From positions 64,001 to 128,000 of the IMG/VR virus record IMGVR_UViG_3300050343_000215: DNA of 64,000 bases; one strand, given 5' to 3'. Shown piece by piece: positions 45,889-56,291 of the stretch. The position numbers were made by a program, and so were the translations under genes. Under the pieces are notes generated by a model. The model worked only from the letters and a program-made list of their open reading frames with translations, was not told the DNA's origin and searched no databases. The first letter of the stretch is position 1. Each line of letters begins with the position of its first letter. The DNA is from a virus.

Positions 45889-47241
45889 TCACATGAGGTT
45901 AGTAACACGAACACGTCTGTAGTAGACGTTGGTGTTGACGTTACCACCAGCAACAGGATCGGAATCCGAAAGGGCGGTCGCGCCTTTAGCGAATGGATTA
46001 AGAACCATGCCGTAGCGTGTCTTAAATCCGATTTTGGGCTGGAAGGTGTCAGGACCAATTGCACGAACCATCTGGAGAGGAACGTATGGGCAATAGAACA
46101 GACCAGCATCATAAGGGGAAGTACCCTTATAACCAGCGATGAAGAACTGAGCAGCATTGTTGCCCTCAGTAGGCAGTGCCGAATAAGGATCAATGTAAAC
46201 GCGGATGCGTCCGTTCAGCGTACCAACAAAGGTGCTGCCGGTGTCATCAACATTAAGACCAGTATTCAGAGCAGGGTTGTAATCAAGGACGCCTGCCATG
46301 GACAGAGCAGAAGCAACGTCTGAAGAACAGACGAGCATGTTGCCCTTCCCTCTACGAGTCTCTTTCGCGATGGCGTTCATTTCACGCTCAATTTGGAAGA
46401 GGAGACCCTTGAACTTCTCAACGCTCCAACGTCCGTTGGAATCAACGTCCATGTCAAACGTGCCTTGAGTAGCAACGTTCTGCTGAGCACCAGCTTTAGC
46501 GGAACGGAATACGGTACGGACGACTTCTCTGTTGATTTCGGTAAGGATTTCAGCAGAAAGGATGTTGGCGAGTTCAGTCTCGGCATCCAGACCATGAATT
46601 GCTTTCAGGTCTTGTGCGAGTTCAATGCTGTACTCAGCTTTCAGAGCGCGTGACTTAGCAGTAACGGCGATCTTCTCAATGCTGAATGCCATCTCGGGGA
46701 ATACGCTAGCAGCGGCTTCGCCAAGTGCTTCGGCAGTGGTTGTTGCCATAGCGCCTGCAGAACCATAGGTGCCGCTGTCATTCAAGACACCGGGGTTTGA
46801 ACCTGTAGGAGCAGTACCACCAGCAGAGTTAGTGGAGTTATAACCAGTACCAGAGAAGGCAGAGTTAACTTCGTTGTAGAATGTCTCATCACCAGTCTGA
46901 CTTTCAACGCGGGAACGCATTGCAAAGATCAGTCCAGTAGGACCATTCATTGGTTGAACGCCACAAATATCATAGGCGATCAGGTTAGGCATTGAGCGAC
47001 GGATCAGTGAGATCAGTACGGGGTCAAAACCTGCGACGTTACCAGCGCCAGTTGTGGCGGAATTAATAGGACCAGCGTTTGTAGGCGCTTCGGTCAGCAT
47101 TCTCTCCTCACGGAGGAATTTTTCTTGGTTTTCCAGAAGTTGAGTGGTGACAGCCTTCTTGTAAGTATCCTTGATCTCGGGAAGATCAGAATGAGACAGA
47201 ACTGGTGCCCACTTCTCCTGGAGTTGTTCGGTATTGAACAT
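45889..47241 (-). CDS. gp23: Major capsid protein gp23
   Basis: GVQPMNGPTGLIFAMR, KSRALKAEYSIELAQDLKAIHG, GFKTRYG; TATAAATA at 47284-47291. Confidence 0.98.
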   Translation of the reverse strand: MFNTEQLQEKWAPVLSHSDLPEIKDTYKKAVTTQLLENQEKFLREERMLTEAPTNAGPINSATTGAGNVAGFDPVLISLIRRSMPNLIAYDICGVQPMNGPTGLIFAMRSRVESQTGDETFYNEVNSAFSGTGYNSTNSAGGTAPTGSNPGVLNDSGTYGSAGAMATTTAEALGEAAASVFPEMAFSIEKIAVTAKSRALKAEYSIELAQDLKAIHGLDAETELANILSAEILTEINREVVRTVFRSAKAGAQQNVATQGTFDMDVDSNGRWSVEKFKGLLFQIEREMNAIAKETRRGKGNMLVCSSDVASALSMAGVLDYNPALNTGLNVDDTGSTFVGTLNGRIRVYIDPYSALPTEGNNAAQFFIAGYKGTSPYDAGLFYCPYVPLQMVRAIGPDTFQPKIGFKTRYGMVLNPFAKGATALSDSDPVAGGNVNTNVYYRRVRVTNLM

Positions 47242-47298
47242 TAGGTTCTCCTTAGAAAATTAATTTGTTAGTGAACTATGATTTATTTATAATTTAAA

Positions 47299-48384
47299 TC
47301 ACTTATTGTAGCGTGCGATGGCAGAAACATAACGCTCCATGCCAGCAGGAACATCCTTTTCAGCAACGGGATCCGAAGCTTCTACGCTCTCATTGATTGA
47401 AGTTTTGGGGAAATAATTTTCCTTAATAGTTTCAACTTTCTCTCTAAATGACTCTTCAGTACTAAACTCTACACCCTCAGCAAGTGAGGAAAGTTTTTCT
47501 TTTTGAGTATCAGCGAGTCCCTGAGATACTTCGCCAACGATAGATTCTTTGACGAACTCTCCCAAAGAAGAATTTAATTCAATATTTTTGTCAATTTGTT
47601 CGTTGAGTTTTGTCTCCATCTCATCTAATTTGTTTGTCATACCCTCAACCATATCAAATTTCTCTTCAGGGATATCCATGTAATGTTCAGTGAACACACC
47701 CTTCAGAGCAGTCATAAACGATTCTGCAATCTCAGTACGAATACCTTCGTTGATTGCGAGTTTGTTATCATTAATCCATTGTTCTACAATATAGTTCAAG
47801 AATGAGTCAACCTTAGATGACATTTCTTCCTTGATCACGTCAAGTTGCTCATTTAACTGAGCAGCATAGTTTTCTTCTAAACGTGTTGTTTCTTCATCAA
47901 TTCTAGAAGAAACAGCAGCGGTGAAGATTGTTGTTGCCTTTTCTTTAAACTCTTCAGAAAGTTCCTCGCCATTGACGAGTGCGTTGATGTCATCAGTAAC
48001 ATCAATTTCTTCTTTCTTCACAGTAGGCATTGCGTCCCCGCCACCACGACTGACACTCTTGCCAGACATATCCTTACCACCTTCTAATTTAGGCATAGGA
48101 TCTTGCTTGCCTTCACCCGAGTTAACTGCGGTCTTAGACTTCTTAACAGCGGCAGCAGCTTTAGCGCCAGAGTTTTCAAACTTGCCTGAGTGACCTTCCG
48201 AAGAACCGGCAGCCATTGGTTCTACATTAGCAACTGCAACTTCAGCACCTGATGCACTAGGAAGATGTGAACCTTCTGCTGGAGCTGCACCTGCTGTTAC
48301 AGCATTGTTCATTTCTGTAACAGTTTCCGCATCAATTTCTTTAGATACGAAATCTTCAAATTTCTCGTTTAACGAATTAGCCAT
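47299..48384 (-). CDS. gp22: Prohead core scaffold gp22
   Basis: LSEEFKEKATTIF, acidic coiled coil, position before gp23. Confidence 0.9.
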   Translation of the reverse strand: MANSLNEKFEDFVSKEIDAETVTEMNNAVTAGAAPAEGSHLPSASGAEVAVANVEPMAAGSSEGHSGKFENSGAKAAAAVKKSKTAVNSGEGKQDPMPKLEGGKDMSGKSVSRGGGDAMPTVKKEEIDVTDDINALVNGEELSEEFKEKATTIFTAAVSSRIDEETTRLEENYAAQLNEQLDVIKEEMSSKVDSFLNYIVEQWINDNKLAINEGIRTEIAESFMTALKGVFTEHYMDIPEEKFDMVEGMTNKLDEMETKLNEQIDKNIELNSSLGEFVKESIVGEVSQGLADTQKEKLSSLAEGVEFSTEESFREKVETIKENYFPKTSINESVEASDPVAEKDVPAGMERYVSAIARYNK

Positions 48385-48435
48385 TTAAAATAACCCCTAA
48401 AGGACCTTGGTTTTTCTATTACTTATTTATTAAAA

Positions 48436-49080
48436 TTATAAGTTAAAGAGCAGTTTCTCAAAGCTCTCAAGGATTTTACCCTCAAGTTCTCCGCGTGAAA
48501 CCCTCTCTAAATTTTCTCTTACTTGCTGAAGTTCTGCTTCTTTAAACATTCCATTGTTCCAAACCCATTCTTTTCCTTCCATGATTCCATTGACAAAGGC
48601 ATCAGGAGCAGAAGGATCTGCTACAATATCTGCAGCAGTAGTAAGCATAAAATCATCTCTGACATAATTAGAACCACCTTTGGATTCTAAACTGCCCACA
48701 CCTCTAGATGAAACACCTAGTTGAACACCTTCCCTAAGAAGATTTTTAGCTATTGATCCCATTGGAGTCTCAAGCAATTTTGCCTTACCAATATAGTTTG
48801 CACCATCCTGGTAAAGTTCTACAATCTTATGTGATACACGATCAAGGTTGATGGTAGGACCATCAGGATGACCTAGTTCACCAAGAGCACGAGACTTTTG
48901 TACAAAATTTTCATTGTAGTTAGTCACTTCGCGCTGAAGAACAGGCATGGGATATACACGACCATTGCGATTTTTGATATCGCCCTGGAGAAATACTCCC
49001 TGGATATATGTATACTCTTTTCCATCTTTCTCTTCAGTGAGAAGTTTAATATCTTCGCTGTGCTCTACGATAAGTTTCAT
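48436..49080 (-). CDS. gp21: Prohead protease gp21
   Basis: NRNGRVY, ALGELGHP, VSSRG, DPSAP. Confidence 0.95.
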   Translation of the reverse strand: MKLIVEHSEDIKLLTEEKDGKEYTYIQGVFLQGDIKNRNGRVYPMPVLQREVTNYNENFVQKSRALGELGHPDGPTINLDRVSHKIVELYQDGANYIGKAKLLETPMGSIAKNLLREGVQLGVSSRGVGSLESKGGSNYVRDDFMLTTAADIVADPSAPDAFVNGIMEGKEWVWNNGMFKEAELQQVRENLERVSRGELEGKILESFEKLLFNL

Positions 49081-49322
49081 GGTTCTTCTGGTTCGGGTTC
49101 GGTGGTTGTTTGTTCTGTAGATGCTTCAACTTCAGGAACTTCGGACTCAACTTCAGGTTCTTCAACTTCAGTAGTTGGATTCATAAGTTGAGCAGCATAT
49201 TCTTTTTTATAACTATCTAGTGTTTCAGATGCTTTTGCATAGAGCATATCAATCACTTCATCAGATGCTACAGAGTTTTCCCCATTAACAATTTTGTCAA
49301 TCAATTCTTTAGTTACTGTCAT
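49077..49322 (-). CDS. Small acidic prohead core protein (gp67/68-like position)
   Basis: Between gp20 and gp21; Glu-rich tail. Confidence 0.6.
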   Translation of the reverse strand: MTVTKELIDKIVNGENSVASDEVIDMLYAKASETLDSYKKEYAAQLMNPTTEVEEPEVESEVPEVEASTEQTTTEPEPEEP

Positions 49323-49346
49323 AATAGTAAATTATTATAGTATTAT

Positions 49347-50978
49347 TTAGTTTTCAACTTCTTTAGAAGTTTGTGCCTTCATTGGAGGTTTTGATGATGT
49401 GTCAACAGGTCCACCTGCTGGCGGCAATGCAGCATTAGGATCTTCCACTGGCATCACTGGAGTATCCATCAGTTCACCTGATTTTTTCTCAACTTCAATT
49501 TGAATGCGGATCTCTTCAATCTCGGATTCTTTTTGTTGGAGAATTTGACGTTTGATATGATCATTGGAATAATATACTCCAAGGAAAGGTTGCATTCTTT
49601 CTACGAGATTTAACCTCTCGCCAATCATTTCAATTTCTTTTAGTTCAGTAAAATGGTTATCAAACAGATAGTCATATTGAATATGCTGCTCCATCAGTTC
49701 CCAATCATCCACGGTAATAACACCTTTGAGGATTAATTGAGTCTTCAACATATCATTAAAGAGATGTGAGAACTGCTTACGAAGTCTACCGACAAATTTA
49801 ATAAACTTGAGTTCGTCACGTAGGATCTCATTAGAGCGTCCTAGACTAAATCCCTTTTCTTCGCCCACGCGAGATGGTGGGAGGTTGAGAGATTTGTAGA
49901 GTTTCTTCAGGAAGTATTCAACGTCCTTTAGTTCTCCAAGGTTCTGAGCACCAGGAAGTGTGGTGATTTCTGTACCTCTACCACCTTCGCGGCGAGGCAA
50001 CCAGAAATCTTCCAGCATACTCATGAACTTTTTATCGTCACGAATCTCACCAGTGCTGGCATCATATACCAGTTTATTTCTATAGCGAGACATAACCTCT
50101 CTGAGGTATTGCTCTGCCTTAACTTTAGGAAGATTACCAACATCAATGTAGAAAATTCTACGCTCAGGAGCGCGTGACATTCTATAGATAACCAGAGAAT
50201 CTTCAATCATTCTCAATTGGTTAACTGCCTTCAATGCCTTATGAAGATAAGACAATGGCAGATTTTGATTCATGTCCATCAGTCCTGACGTGCAGAACGT
50301 AATCGCATCGGGTGCAATCTTCACACCGAGTTGATCGTTCCCTGCAAGACTAACCGCTGCTTTGTGGTTGAATATTCCTTTGGGATTGTAAAGATAGTAT
50401 TCGTTTACATCACCATAGTTTAGTTTTTGATTATCTCCTTGTCCAGCAGTGGGTTTCTTCTTAACCTCACGCATTTTTTTGACCTTCATTGGGTCAATGT
50501 AGCGAAGTTCTTTAATCCCTTCAGTGGGTTTATTTACATCAATTACCTTATGGTAATAAAGTCTTCCGTCAATATACCAACGTCTAAAAATATGATAGCA
50601 TTTTTTATCAAACTGCAGTAAGCGTTTGATCTCATTAAATTCTTCTCTGATTCTCTTCTTGATTGAATCGCTTTGATCAAGATTAGAGAGTTCAATTTCT
50701 ACAGGTGAATCATCACCATCCGCAACAATTGCTTCGTTGACTACTTCATCAATTGCGGAGTCAACTTCAGGGTGCAATGAGACTTCACGATACTTTCGGA
50801 TCTGCTGAAACTCATTTTTGGATACGCCCTCCATGTCAACGTATTGACCGTAATAACCTCCAGCAGAGATTGTTACGGTCCCGTCGTCATTATTAGGAGC
50901 AACAGGAGATACTAACCCCTGCTGCTTCTTTTTCTTTTGGTCTCCTTTATCAAGGGAAAACCCAAATAACTCCGCCAT
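49347..50978 (-). CDS. gp20: Portal protein gp20
   Basis: FRRWYIDGR, RAPERRIFYIDVGNLP, EDFWLPRREGGRGTEITTLPG. Confidence 0.97.
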   Translation of the reverse strand: MAELFGFSLDKGDQKKKKQQGLVSPVAPNNDDGTVTISAGGYYGQYVDMEGVSKNEFQQIRKYREVSLHPEVDSAIDEVVNEAIVADGDDSPVEIELSNLDQSDSIKKRIREEFNEIKRLLQFDKKCYHIFRRWYIDGRLYYHKVIDVNKPTEGIKELRYIDPMKVKKMREVKKKPTAGQGDNQKLNYGDVNEYYLYNPKGIFNHKAAVSLAGNDQLGVKIAPDAITFCTSGLMDMNQNLPLSYLHKALKAVNQLRMIEDSLVIYRMSRAPERRIFYIDVGNLPKVKAEQYLREVMSRYRNKLVYDASTGEIRDDKKFMSMLEDFWLPRREGGRGTEITTLPGAQNLGELKDVEYFLKKLYKSLNLPPSRVGEEKGFSLGRSNEILRDELKFIKFVGRLRKQFSHLFNDMLKTQLILKGVITVDDWELMEQHIQYDYLFDNHFTELKEIEMIGERLNLVERMQPFLGVYYSNDHIKRQILQQKESEIEEIRIQIEVEKKSGELMDTPVMPVEDPNAALPPAGGPVDTSSKPPMKAQTSKEVEN

Positions 50979-51020
50979 TGTATAAAGTTAACTACGTTTA
51001 CTGTAGTTATTTATTCAGGA

Positions 51021-51617
51021 TCAGATAGAAGCACCAGCGCCAATATCTACAGTGCTATCAGATTTCTTAGATTCCCACCAGTCATACTGGAATTCAACAG
51101 TGTATTCAGCAATAGTATTATTGTTGTCATATGACAAATCAATCTGAGCAATGTTAGTTGGGAAAGCATTCTGAAACTCATATGATCTCACAACGCTATG
51201 TGGATCAGTGAGTGATGTAGCAGTGCTTGTACCACGTTCCAGTTGTGAAACTTTTAGTGTGGAAGCAAAATCATCTGTGTAACCTGCACCGTTTTCATGC
51301 TTATTCAATTTGTTCATCCACTTTTCAAAGTATGCTCTTACTGACATGTCCTCATCAGCCATGACTGTAATAGTCCATGATTCAAACGTTCTGTCACCAG
51401 GAAGTTTGATAACTCTACCTCTGAAAGGAACTTCTACAGTTCCGATTGTACTAGCAGGAATGCCAGCAGAACGACAGAGGAATGTGAAATCGGCGTCTGA
51501 TCCTTTTACTGCTGCTACATCATCTAAATTAGATTCCAGGTTTGTTACCTGGACCATGAATAAATTGGGGCGGATACCGTATCCAATTTTGTTCTTGAAT
51601 GAAGTTAAGTTTGCCAT
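51021..51617 (-). CDS. gp19: Tail tube protein gp19
   Basis: RPNLF, VPFRGR...GDRTFESW, FPTNI. Confidence 0.94.
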   Translation of the reverse strand: MANLTSFKNKIGYGIRPNLFMVQVTNLESNLDDVAAVKGSDADFTFLCRSAGIPASTIGTVEVPFRGRVIKLPGDRTFESWTITVMADEDMSVRAYFEKWMNKLNKHENGAGYTDDFASTLKVSQLERGTSTATSLTDPHSVVRSYEFQNAFPTNIAQIDLSYDNNNTIAEYTVEFQYDWWESKKSDSTVDIGAGASI

Positions 51618-51653
51618 TGTTTGATTATCTCCTTAAGTGTATTTATTTTCTAA

Positions 51654-53594
51654 TCAAACTCTGCCGATAACTTCATTAAAGCTAACACCACTGCGAGTAG
51701 CAACGAATGTTAGAGTAATGAAATTAATAGAGCGAGAAGGTTTGATGTAGATGTCAGCAACAAATTCATTACGATCAATAACATCAGGGGTGTTATTTGA
51801 CGTATCCGCAACTATGAGGAAATCAGTCATACCTCTTCTTGCTTGGATATCACGCATGTAGTTATTAACCTGCGTGGAGAAGTTCAAGCGAGTAGTCTCA
51901 TCATTTAATTCAAACAGAACGTTTCTTGAGAAGTTCTTGACTGTTCTCTCAAGAATGAGGAACAAACGGCGAACGTTAATTCTGTCAAAGGCAGAAGGAC
52001 TGCGAAGAGCAGTTTTGTCGCCAAACAGAACGATACCCTGACCAGGGAACGAAACGATTGGATTGACACGATTAGAATAGAGATCATCTCTCTGTGCTTT
52101 ATTTGGATTAAATGCAATCTTAATTGCATTTCTTAGGTTTCCTCTATTGAAACCAGCAGGGGAATACCATGCTTCCGAGACAGCAGTTGTGTTAACACAA
52201 AGACCAGCCATGTCAGCATTGGTTGGAATATAACGATATTGATCGTTAAATCTGTCGTAGATATACTTGTAGTTGTTATCAAATACAGCGTAAGAAGAAC
52301 TATCGCTAATTGCCTCAAAGAACTTAGTTACATTCTCTGCTTGAGCAGATGTTGTAGAAGCATTTGCGCCAACAACATCAGATCTTTGTGGTGAAATGAA
52401 GGCGATGCAATCTTTTCTCGTGTTAGCAAGGTTGATCAGTGCGTTTGCTTTGGCAAGGTTTGATGGTCCTGCAAGAACGTAGTCAATCGTGATAGTTTCT
52501 GTGTCACCAAAAACATCAAGATAAGTTTGAGTCTCATTACCAACAGTATAAGTGTTGTAATCAGTACCAGCAGATAGTGTATACGAACGAGGACCGTATA
52601 AGTGGAATGAAGAAGCAGCAGTGGCAGAACCTGTAATTGCTACAGAACCAGTATAGCTGTAAACATCAGATCCATCTTCATATGATCCAAGGAACACATA
52701 CTTGGAACGACCCTTGATTACATCTTTATAATGATTTGCTTCACCTTCGCTGGTTCTAGCACCAGGAGCTTTTGAAACGTAAAGAATTTTTTCTAGAACA
52801 GAATTTGCTGTTCCAGTAATACCACCTGTTTTATCAAGAACTACGACGTGCATCTCATCGTTAGCACCACCACGAGACGCGACAAAAGGAGAAGTACCAG
52901 GACGAGGAGCAAGTGCATTCCATTTGATGCCTCCAGCAACAGTATATTGCATGTCATACCAGTTGGCGACACTTTCAACATTTTCTGTGCTTACTGTTCC
53001 GCCTTGTACGAATTTAGCAGAACCGGCATCAAGAACGACAGAGACTTTCGTTGTGTCGCCAGTGTTATCTTCATATGCAACACCAGTAGCAGTTCCGTCA
53101 GTAACTGCGTCTCCTTGTGAGAATGCTACACCGTTAGCAAGTGTCAGAATTTGATCTGCACCACTGTCAATGGTTACAACCTGAAGTGCGTTTCCATGAG
53201 TTCCTGGAGTTCTTGCAGCGAAGTCATAAGATTGAGCACTACCTTCAATGTTTGCTTCGTATGCAGCACGGTTGTTAATTTTTACCGTTGCGACTGCTGC
53301 TGAGTTAGCATTTGTGAGATGAGTTGAAGATGCATCAGCAATTCTAGCAACCTGCAGGTTACCACCATAGTTAAGAAACTCAGAAGCAGTAAACCAAAAC
53401 TCGTAATTATCTGCAGTAGGTTTACCAAATTTTTCTACTAATTCTTTCTCACTCGTAACTAATTCTGCTGCGCCGACATCCCCTTGCAGGAAAGGTGCAG
53501 CAATAGCGCCGATGTTAGTGATTGTTTCTTGGAGACGTGAATTAGTAAAATCGCGCTCCTGAACAACAATCCCTGGCGATACTTGTGTTGCCAT
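51654..53594 (-). CDS. gp18: Tail sheath protein gp18
   Basis: SPGIVVQE, WYSPAGFNRG, FDRINVRRLF. Confidence 0.96.
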   Translation of the reverse strand: MATQVSPGIVVQERDFTNSRLQETITNIGAIAAPFLQGDVGAAELVTSEKELVEKFGKPTADNYEFWFTASEFLNYGGNLQVARIADASSTHLTNANSAAVATVKINNRAAYEANIEGSAQSYDFAARTPGTHGNALQVVTIDSGADQILTLANGVAFSQGDAVTDGTATGVAYEDNTGDTTKVSVVLDAGSAKFVQGGTVSTENVESVANWYDMQYTVAGGIKWNALAPRPGTSPFVASRGGANDEMHVVVLDKTGGITGTANSVLEKILYVSKAPGARTSEGEANHYKDVIKGRSKYVFLGSYEDGSDVYSYTGSVAITGSATAASSFHLYGPRSYTLSAGTDYNTYTVGNETQTYLDVFGDTETITIDYVLAGPSNLAKANALINLANTRKDCIAFISPQRSDVVGANASTTSAQAENVTKFFEAISDSSSYAVFDNNYKYIYDRFNDQYRYIPTNADMAGLCVNTTAVSEAWYSPAGFNRGNLRNAIKIAFNPNKAQRDDLYSNRVNPIVSFPGQGIVLFGDKTALRSPSAFDRINVRRLFLILERTVKNFSRNVLFELNDETTRLNFSTQVNNYMRDIQARRGMTDFLIVADTSNNTPDVIDRNEFVADIYIKPSRSINFITLTFVATRSGVSFNEVIGRV

Positions 53595-53673
53595 GTTTAC
53601 CCCTAAATTTCAGAAATTTGTTCTGTGATTATTTATTAAAACCTATCTTTTAAGAGGGGAAACAATGCATGAA

Positions 53674-53898
53674 CTACCAGTCTGGATATGACCAACTACG
53701 GTTGTCACTACGTTTTCTATTTTTGGTTACTCTATCTACAGTACATTCCTTACACTCATAGGCATATGCTGAAGGTGTTGCTCTTCCTTTTCTGGTTCTA
53801 TAGAAATCGCTAATTAATTCTTTAATTTTCCCACAAGATTTACATTTTCTTTGGGTAAAAAGTAGGTGTTCTAATTCAAACTCCTCTTCAAAATTCAT
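53674..53898 (-). CDS. Small Zn-finger protein
   Basis: CKSC...CKEC; between gp17 and gp18. Confidence 0.7.
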   Translation of the reverse strand: MNFEEEFELEHLLFTQRKCKSCGKIKELISDFYRTRKGRATPSAYAYECKECTVDRVTKNRKRSDNRSWSYPDW

Positions 53899-55562
53899 TA
53901 TAGATAAGAACCCATGTAAGTAAAGTCAGAAGCTACATCACCATACTCATCTAAGAACCAACGATCTCCTTCTTTATCCACAAAACTTTCTTGTTCTTCT
54001 AGACCATCGGAAACAAAACCGAATGGTGCCATGTCCTGCTCAATCTGATTCTTTTGCTCATCATAGATTCTTTGACGAACATCATTGTCCGTCATTTCTT
54101 TAAAGTAATCTTGTACTGCTAACCATGCAAAAATTACTAGACACATCGCAAGATCATCATGACATCCTTCTTCTGCCTCAAACGATTCACGTTTAGAGAT
54201 GAATGTCGTGAGTTCTGCGATAGTCTCATAGTCTGGGATGACTAGTTTGTCATCCTCAATAAAAGTCTTTAGGTTCAAACATCCAATCTTCTTCACGGTC
54301 TTAGACATCTTAACGCCAAGTTGTGTTTTCTTTCCAGAGAATCCTGTTCCAACAATCTGACCAGCACGTCCTCTCATGGCACACATAAGAATATGATCAT
54401 ACTCCAGATCATAATGCATCATAGATGCTACCTGATCTCCAATATCATTAACTTCAGTTAAAATATATGCTCTATTATATCCATTGGCAATATCAACAAT
54501 AATTGTAGGGAACATGATAGCTTTGATTTCATTGTTCCTGTATCGTGCTACCAACCTGTAAGGGAACTTTGTAATGTCAAAAACCAAAAATGCGCTATAA
54601 TCACTGCCCACACCACGGGCAACGTCAACAGTAACAATGTAATCGTGGTCCTTTTGCGGGTTTTCATATACTACTAAACCTTTATTATTACTAGTGATAG
54701 GATCATCATACACCATTGTCCGCAATTTGCTTGCAGCAATTAATGTATCTACAGATCCCAGAAACTCACACTCAAATTCTTGAGTGAACTGTCGCTGGGA
54801 AGTGTTTGCAATCGTTTGTGCTTTCCAGTTAGCATCTCTGCCAGGAACTTGACTCCAGTGTACTTCTGTAGTGATATATTCGTTCTTACCCCTCTCAGCA
54901 TCATGCCAGAGTTTGTAGAACATATTCATCCCGTTAGGGGTGGAGATGATAATAACCTTGGTAGACTTACCAGAGGAGATCGTAGGGTATACTGAGGAGA
55001 AAAACTGCTCGGCAATGTGAGTTGGAACGAAAGCAAATTCGTCCAGGAAGATGATGTTGAATGACATACCTCGGACAGCAGAACTAGAAGTAGATGCTGC
55101 CATGATCTTAGAACCATTCTCAAGTTCTAGAGATCCTTTATTCCATGACACAATACCTTGCTGCATCCACTTAGGAAGGTTCTCATAAGCAAGTTGCAAC
55201 CTACCGAGAAGTTCTCTGGATGTACTTAGTTTGTTTGCTAGGATACCGATGTTGACATTATCATTAAAGATACAATAATGCAGCAGGTAAGAAACCACAG
55301 TGGTACTCTTACCAGTCTGACGTGGTAACTTAGCAATGTTAAAACGATTGCCATGGAACCTTTCAATCATCTCTTCTTGAAAGTCCCACATCTTAAATGG
55401 CACCAGACCCTCATCTAGTGACACAATCTTGATATAATTTTTAGTAAAGTAGACGGGATCGTCAGCACATTTCAACCACTCCTGAACCTGTTTAGGAGTG
55501 AAACTCATTTCCACGTTCGCCGCTTTTAGATTGGGCGAACCTTTATAAACTTTATCAGCCAT
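53898..55562 (-). CDS. gp17: Terminase large subunit gp17
   Basis: RQTGKST, IFLDEFAF, STPNG, DVARG, HDDL. Confidence 0.97.
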   Translation of the reverse strand: MADKVYKGSPNLKAANVEMSFTPKQVQEWLKCADDPVYFTKNYIKIVSLDEGLVPFKMWDFQEEMIERFHGNRFNIAKLPRQTGKSTTVVSYLLHYCIFNDNVNIGILANKLSTSRELLGRLQLAYENLPKWMQQGIVSWNKGSLELENGSKIMAASTSSSAVRGMSFNIIFLDEFAFVPTHIAEQFFSSVYPTISSGKSTKVIIISTPNGMNMFYKLWHDAERGKNEYITTEVHWSQVPGRDANWKAQTIANTSQRQFTQEFECEFLGSVDTLIAASKLRTMVYDDPITSNNKGLVVYENPQKDHDYIVTVDVARGVGSDYSAFLVFDITKFPYRLVARYRNNEIKAIMFPTIIVDIANGYNRAYILTEVNDIGDQVASMMHYDLEYDHILMCAMRGRAGQIVGTGFSGKKTQLGVKMSKTVKKIGCLNLKTFIEDDKLVIPDYETIAELTTFISKRESFEAEEGCHDDLAMCLVIFAWLAVQDYFKEMTDNDVRQRIYDEQKNQIEQDMAPFGFVSDGLEEQESFVDKEGDRWFLDEYGDVASDFTYMGSYL

Positions 55563-55565
55563 TTA

Positions 55566-55995
55566 TCAACAGTTCCAAGCTCTCAGTGATTTATTGATCC
55601 TGCTATCGGGATCTCTAGATGTTTTCTTACTAGTCAATTTCTTTTTCATACCCTTCATTCTAGCGCAGAAGGATGCCCTCCTGGGATTTCCAACCTTTTG
55701 CTTGGTGCTTTAAGGTCAGATCCTGGATTTTCCTTTTCATAAGACTCTGCGTCCTTTTTCGTTAAGTCCTCCTTGACTTACTTTTTCCTGACTTTTTTGT
55801 CCAGGCTGCTCCTTCTTGGGTGAGTTCAAATTCTTCTTTAGCAGTCCTCTCCGACTTTTTGAAAGCATCCTTGTCTGGATAATCGGAGGATCCAGGTTTA
55901 GCAGGTGCTTCTCCACGCTTTCTTTTAGCGTGAATGTTAGCATAAAGTCCACGTTTCGCTTCGCTTAGTTCTCTAAATTCTTTAAATGACTTCAT
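55566..55995 (-). CDS. Basic late protein, probable internal head protein (one apparent indel)
   Basis: MKSFKEFRELSEAK...AWTKKSGKSK then EGGLNEKGRKSYERENPGSDLKAP...SFCARMKG...RAWNC*; ATAAATA at 56020-56026. Confidence 0.7.
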
Positions 55996-56026
55996 GCCAG
56001 CAGGGAGGGTTTACTAGGATATTTAT

Positions 56027-56275
56027 TCAATTAAGGTGTGCGACAGAGGATGCCCACACAGAAGCAGAAGAACCTGTAGTTGCTTCAAGTGTTTCTGCAG
56101 GAAGTTTTTTTACCTCAACACGCTCACCAGCGCCGATATAAAAATTATTTCCATTACTGTTAACGATCAAGCAAGCAGCAGTATTAGTGTTGAGAACTGA
56201 AACTAATGTTGCCGAAGATACATTGCTTGCTGCAGAGTCAAGATCAACAGCAACTGATACGGGTTTGATAATCAT
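56027..56275 (-). CDS. Hypothetical protein
   Basis: 82-aa beta-rich ORF after gp16. Confidence 0.65.
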   Translation of the reverse strand: MIIKPVSVAVDLDSAASNVSSATLVSVLNTNTAACLIVNSNGNNFYIGAGERVEVKKLPAETLEATTGSSASVWASSVAHLN

Positions 56276-56291
56276 TGTTCTAAATTTTTAA

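Noticed and set aside
45720-46193. 157-aa alternative-frame ORF over the gp23 3' end
   Set aside because: Shadow frame of gp23 that crosses the gp23 terminator; no plausible RBS or protein features
53674-53898. Homing endonuclease between gp17 and gp18
   Set aside because: Only 74 aa; no HNH, GIY-YIG or LAGLIDADG catalytic motif
15330-55562. Introns or inteins in nrdB, nrdA, gp43, gp20 and gp17
   Set aside because: All are contiguous ORFs of ordinary length with no intein or intron signatures visible
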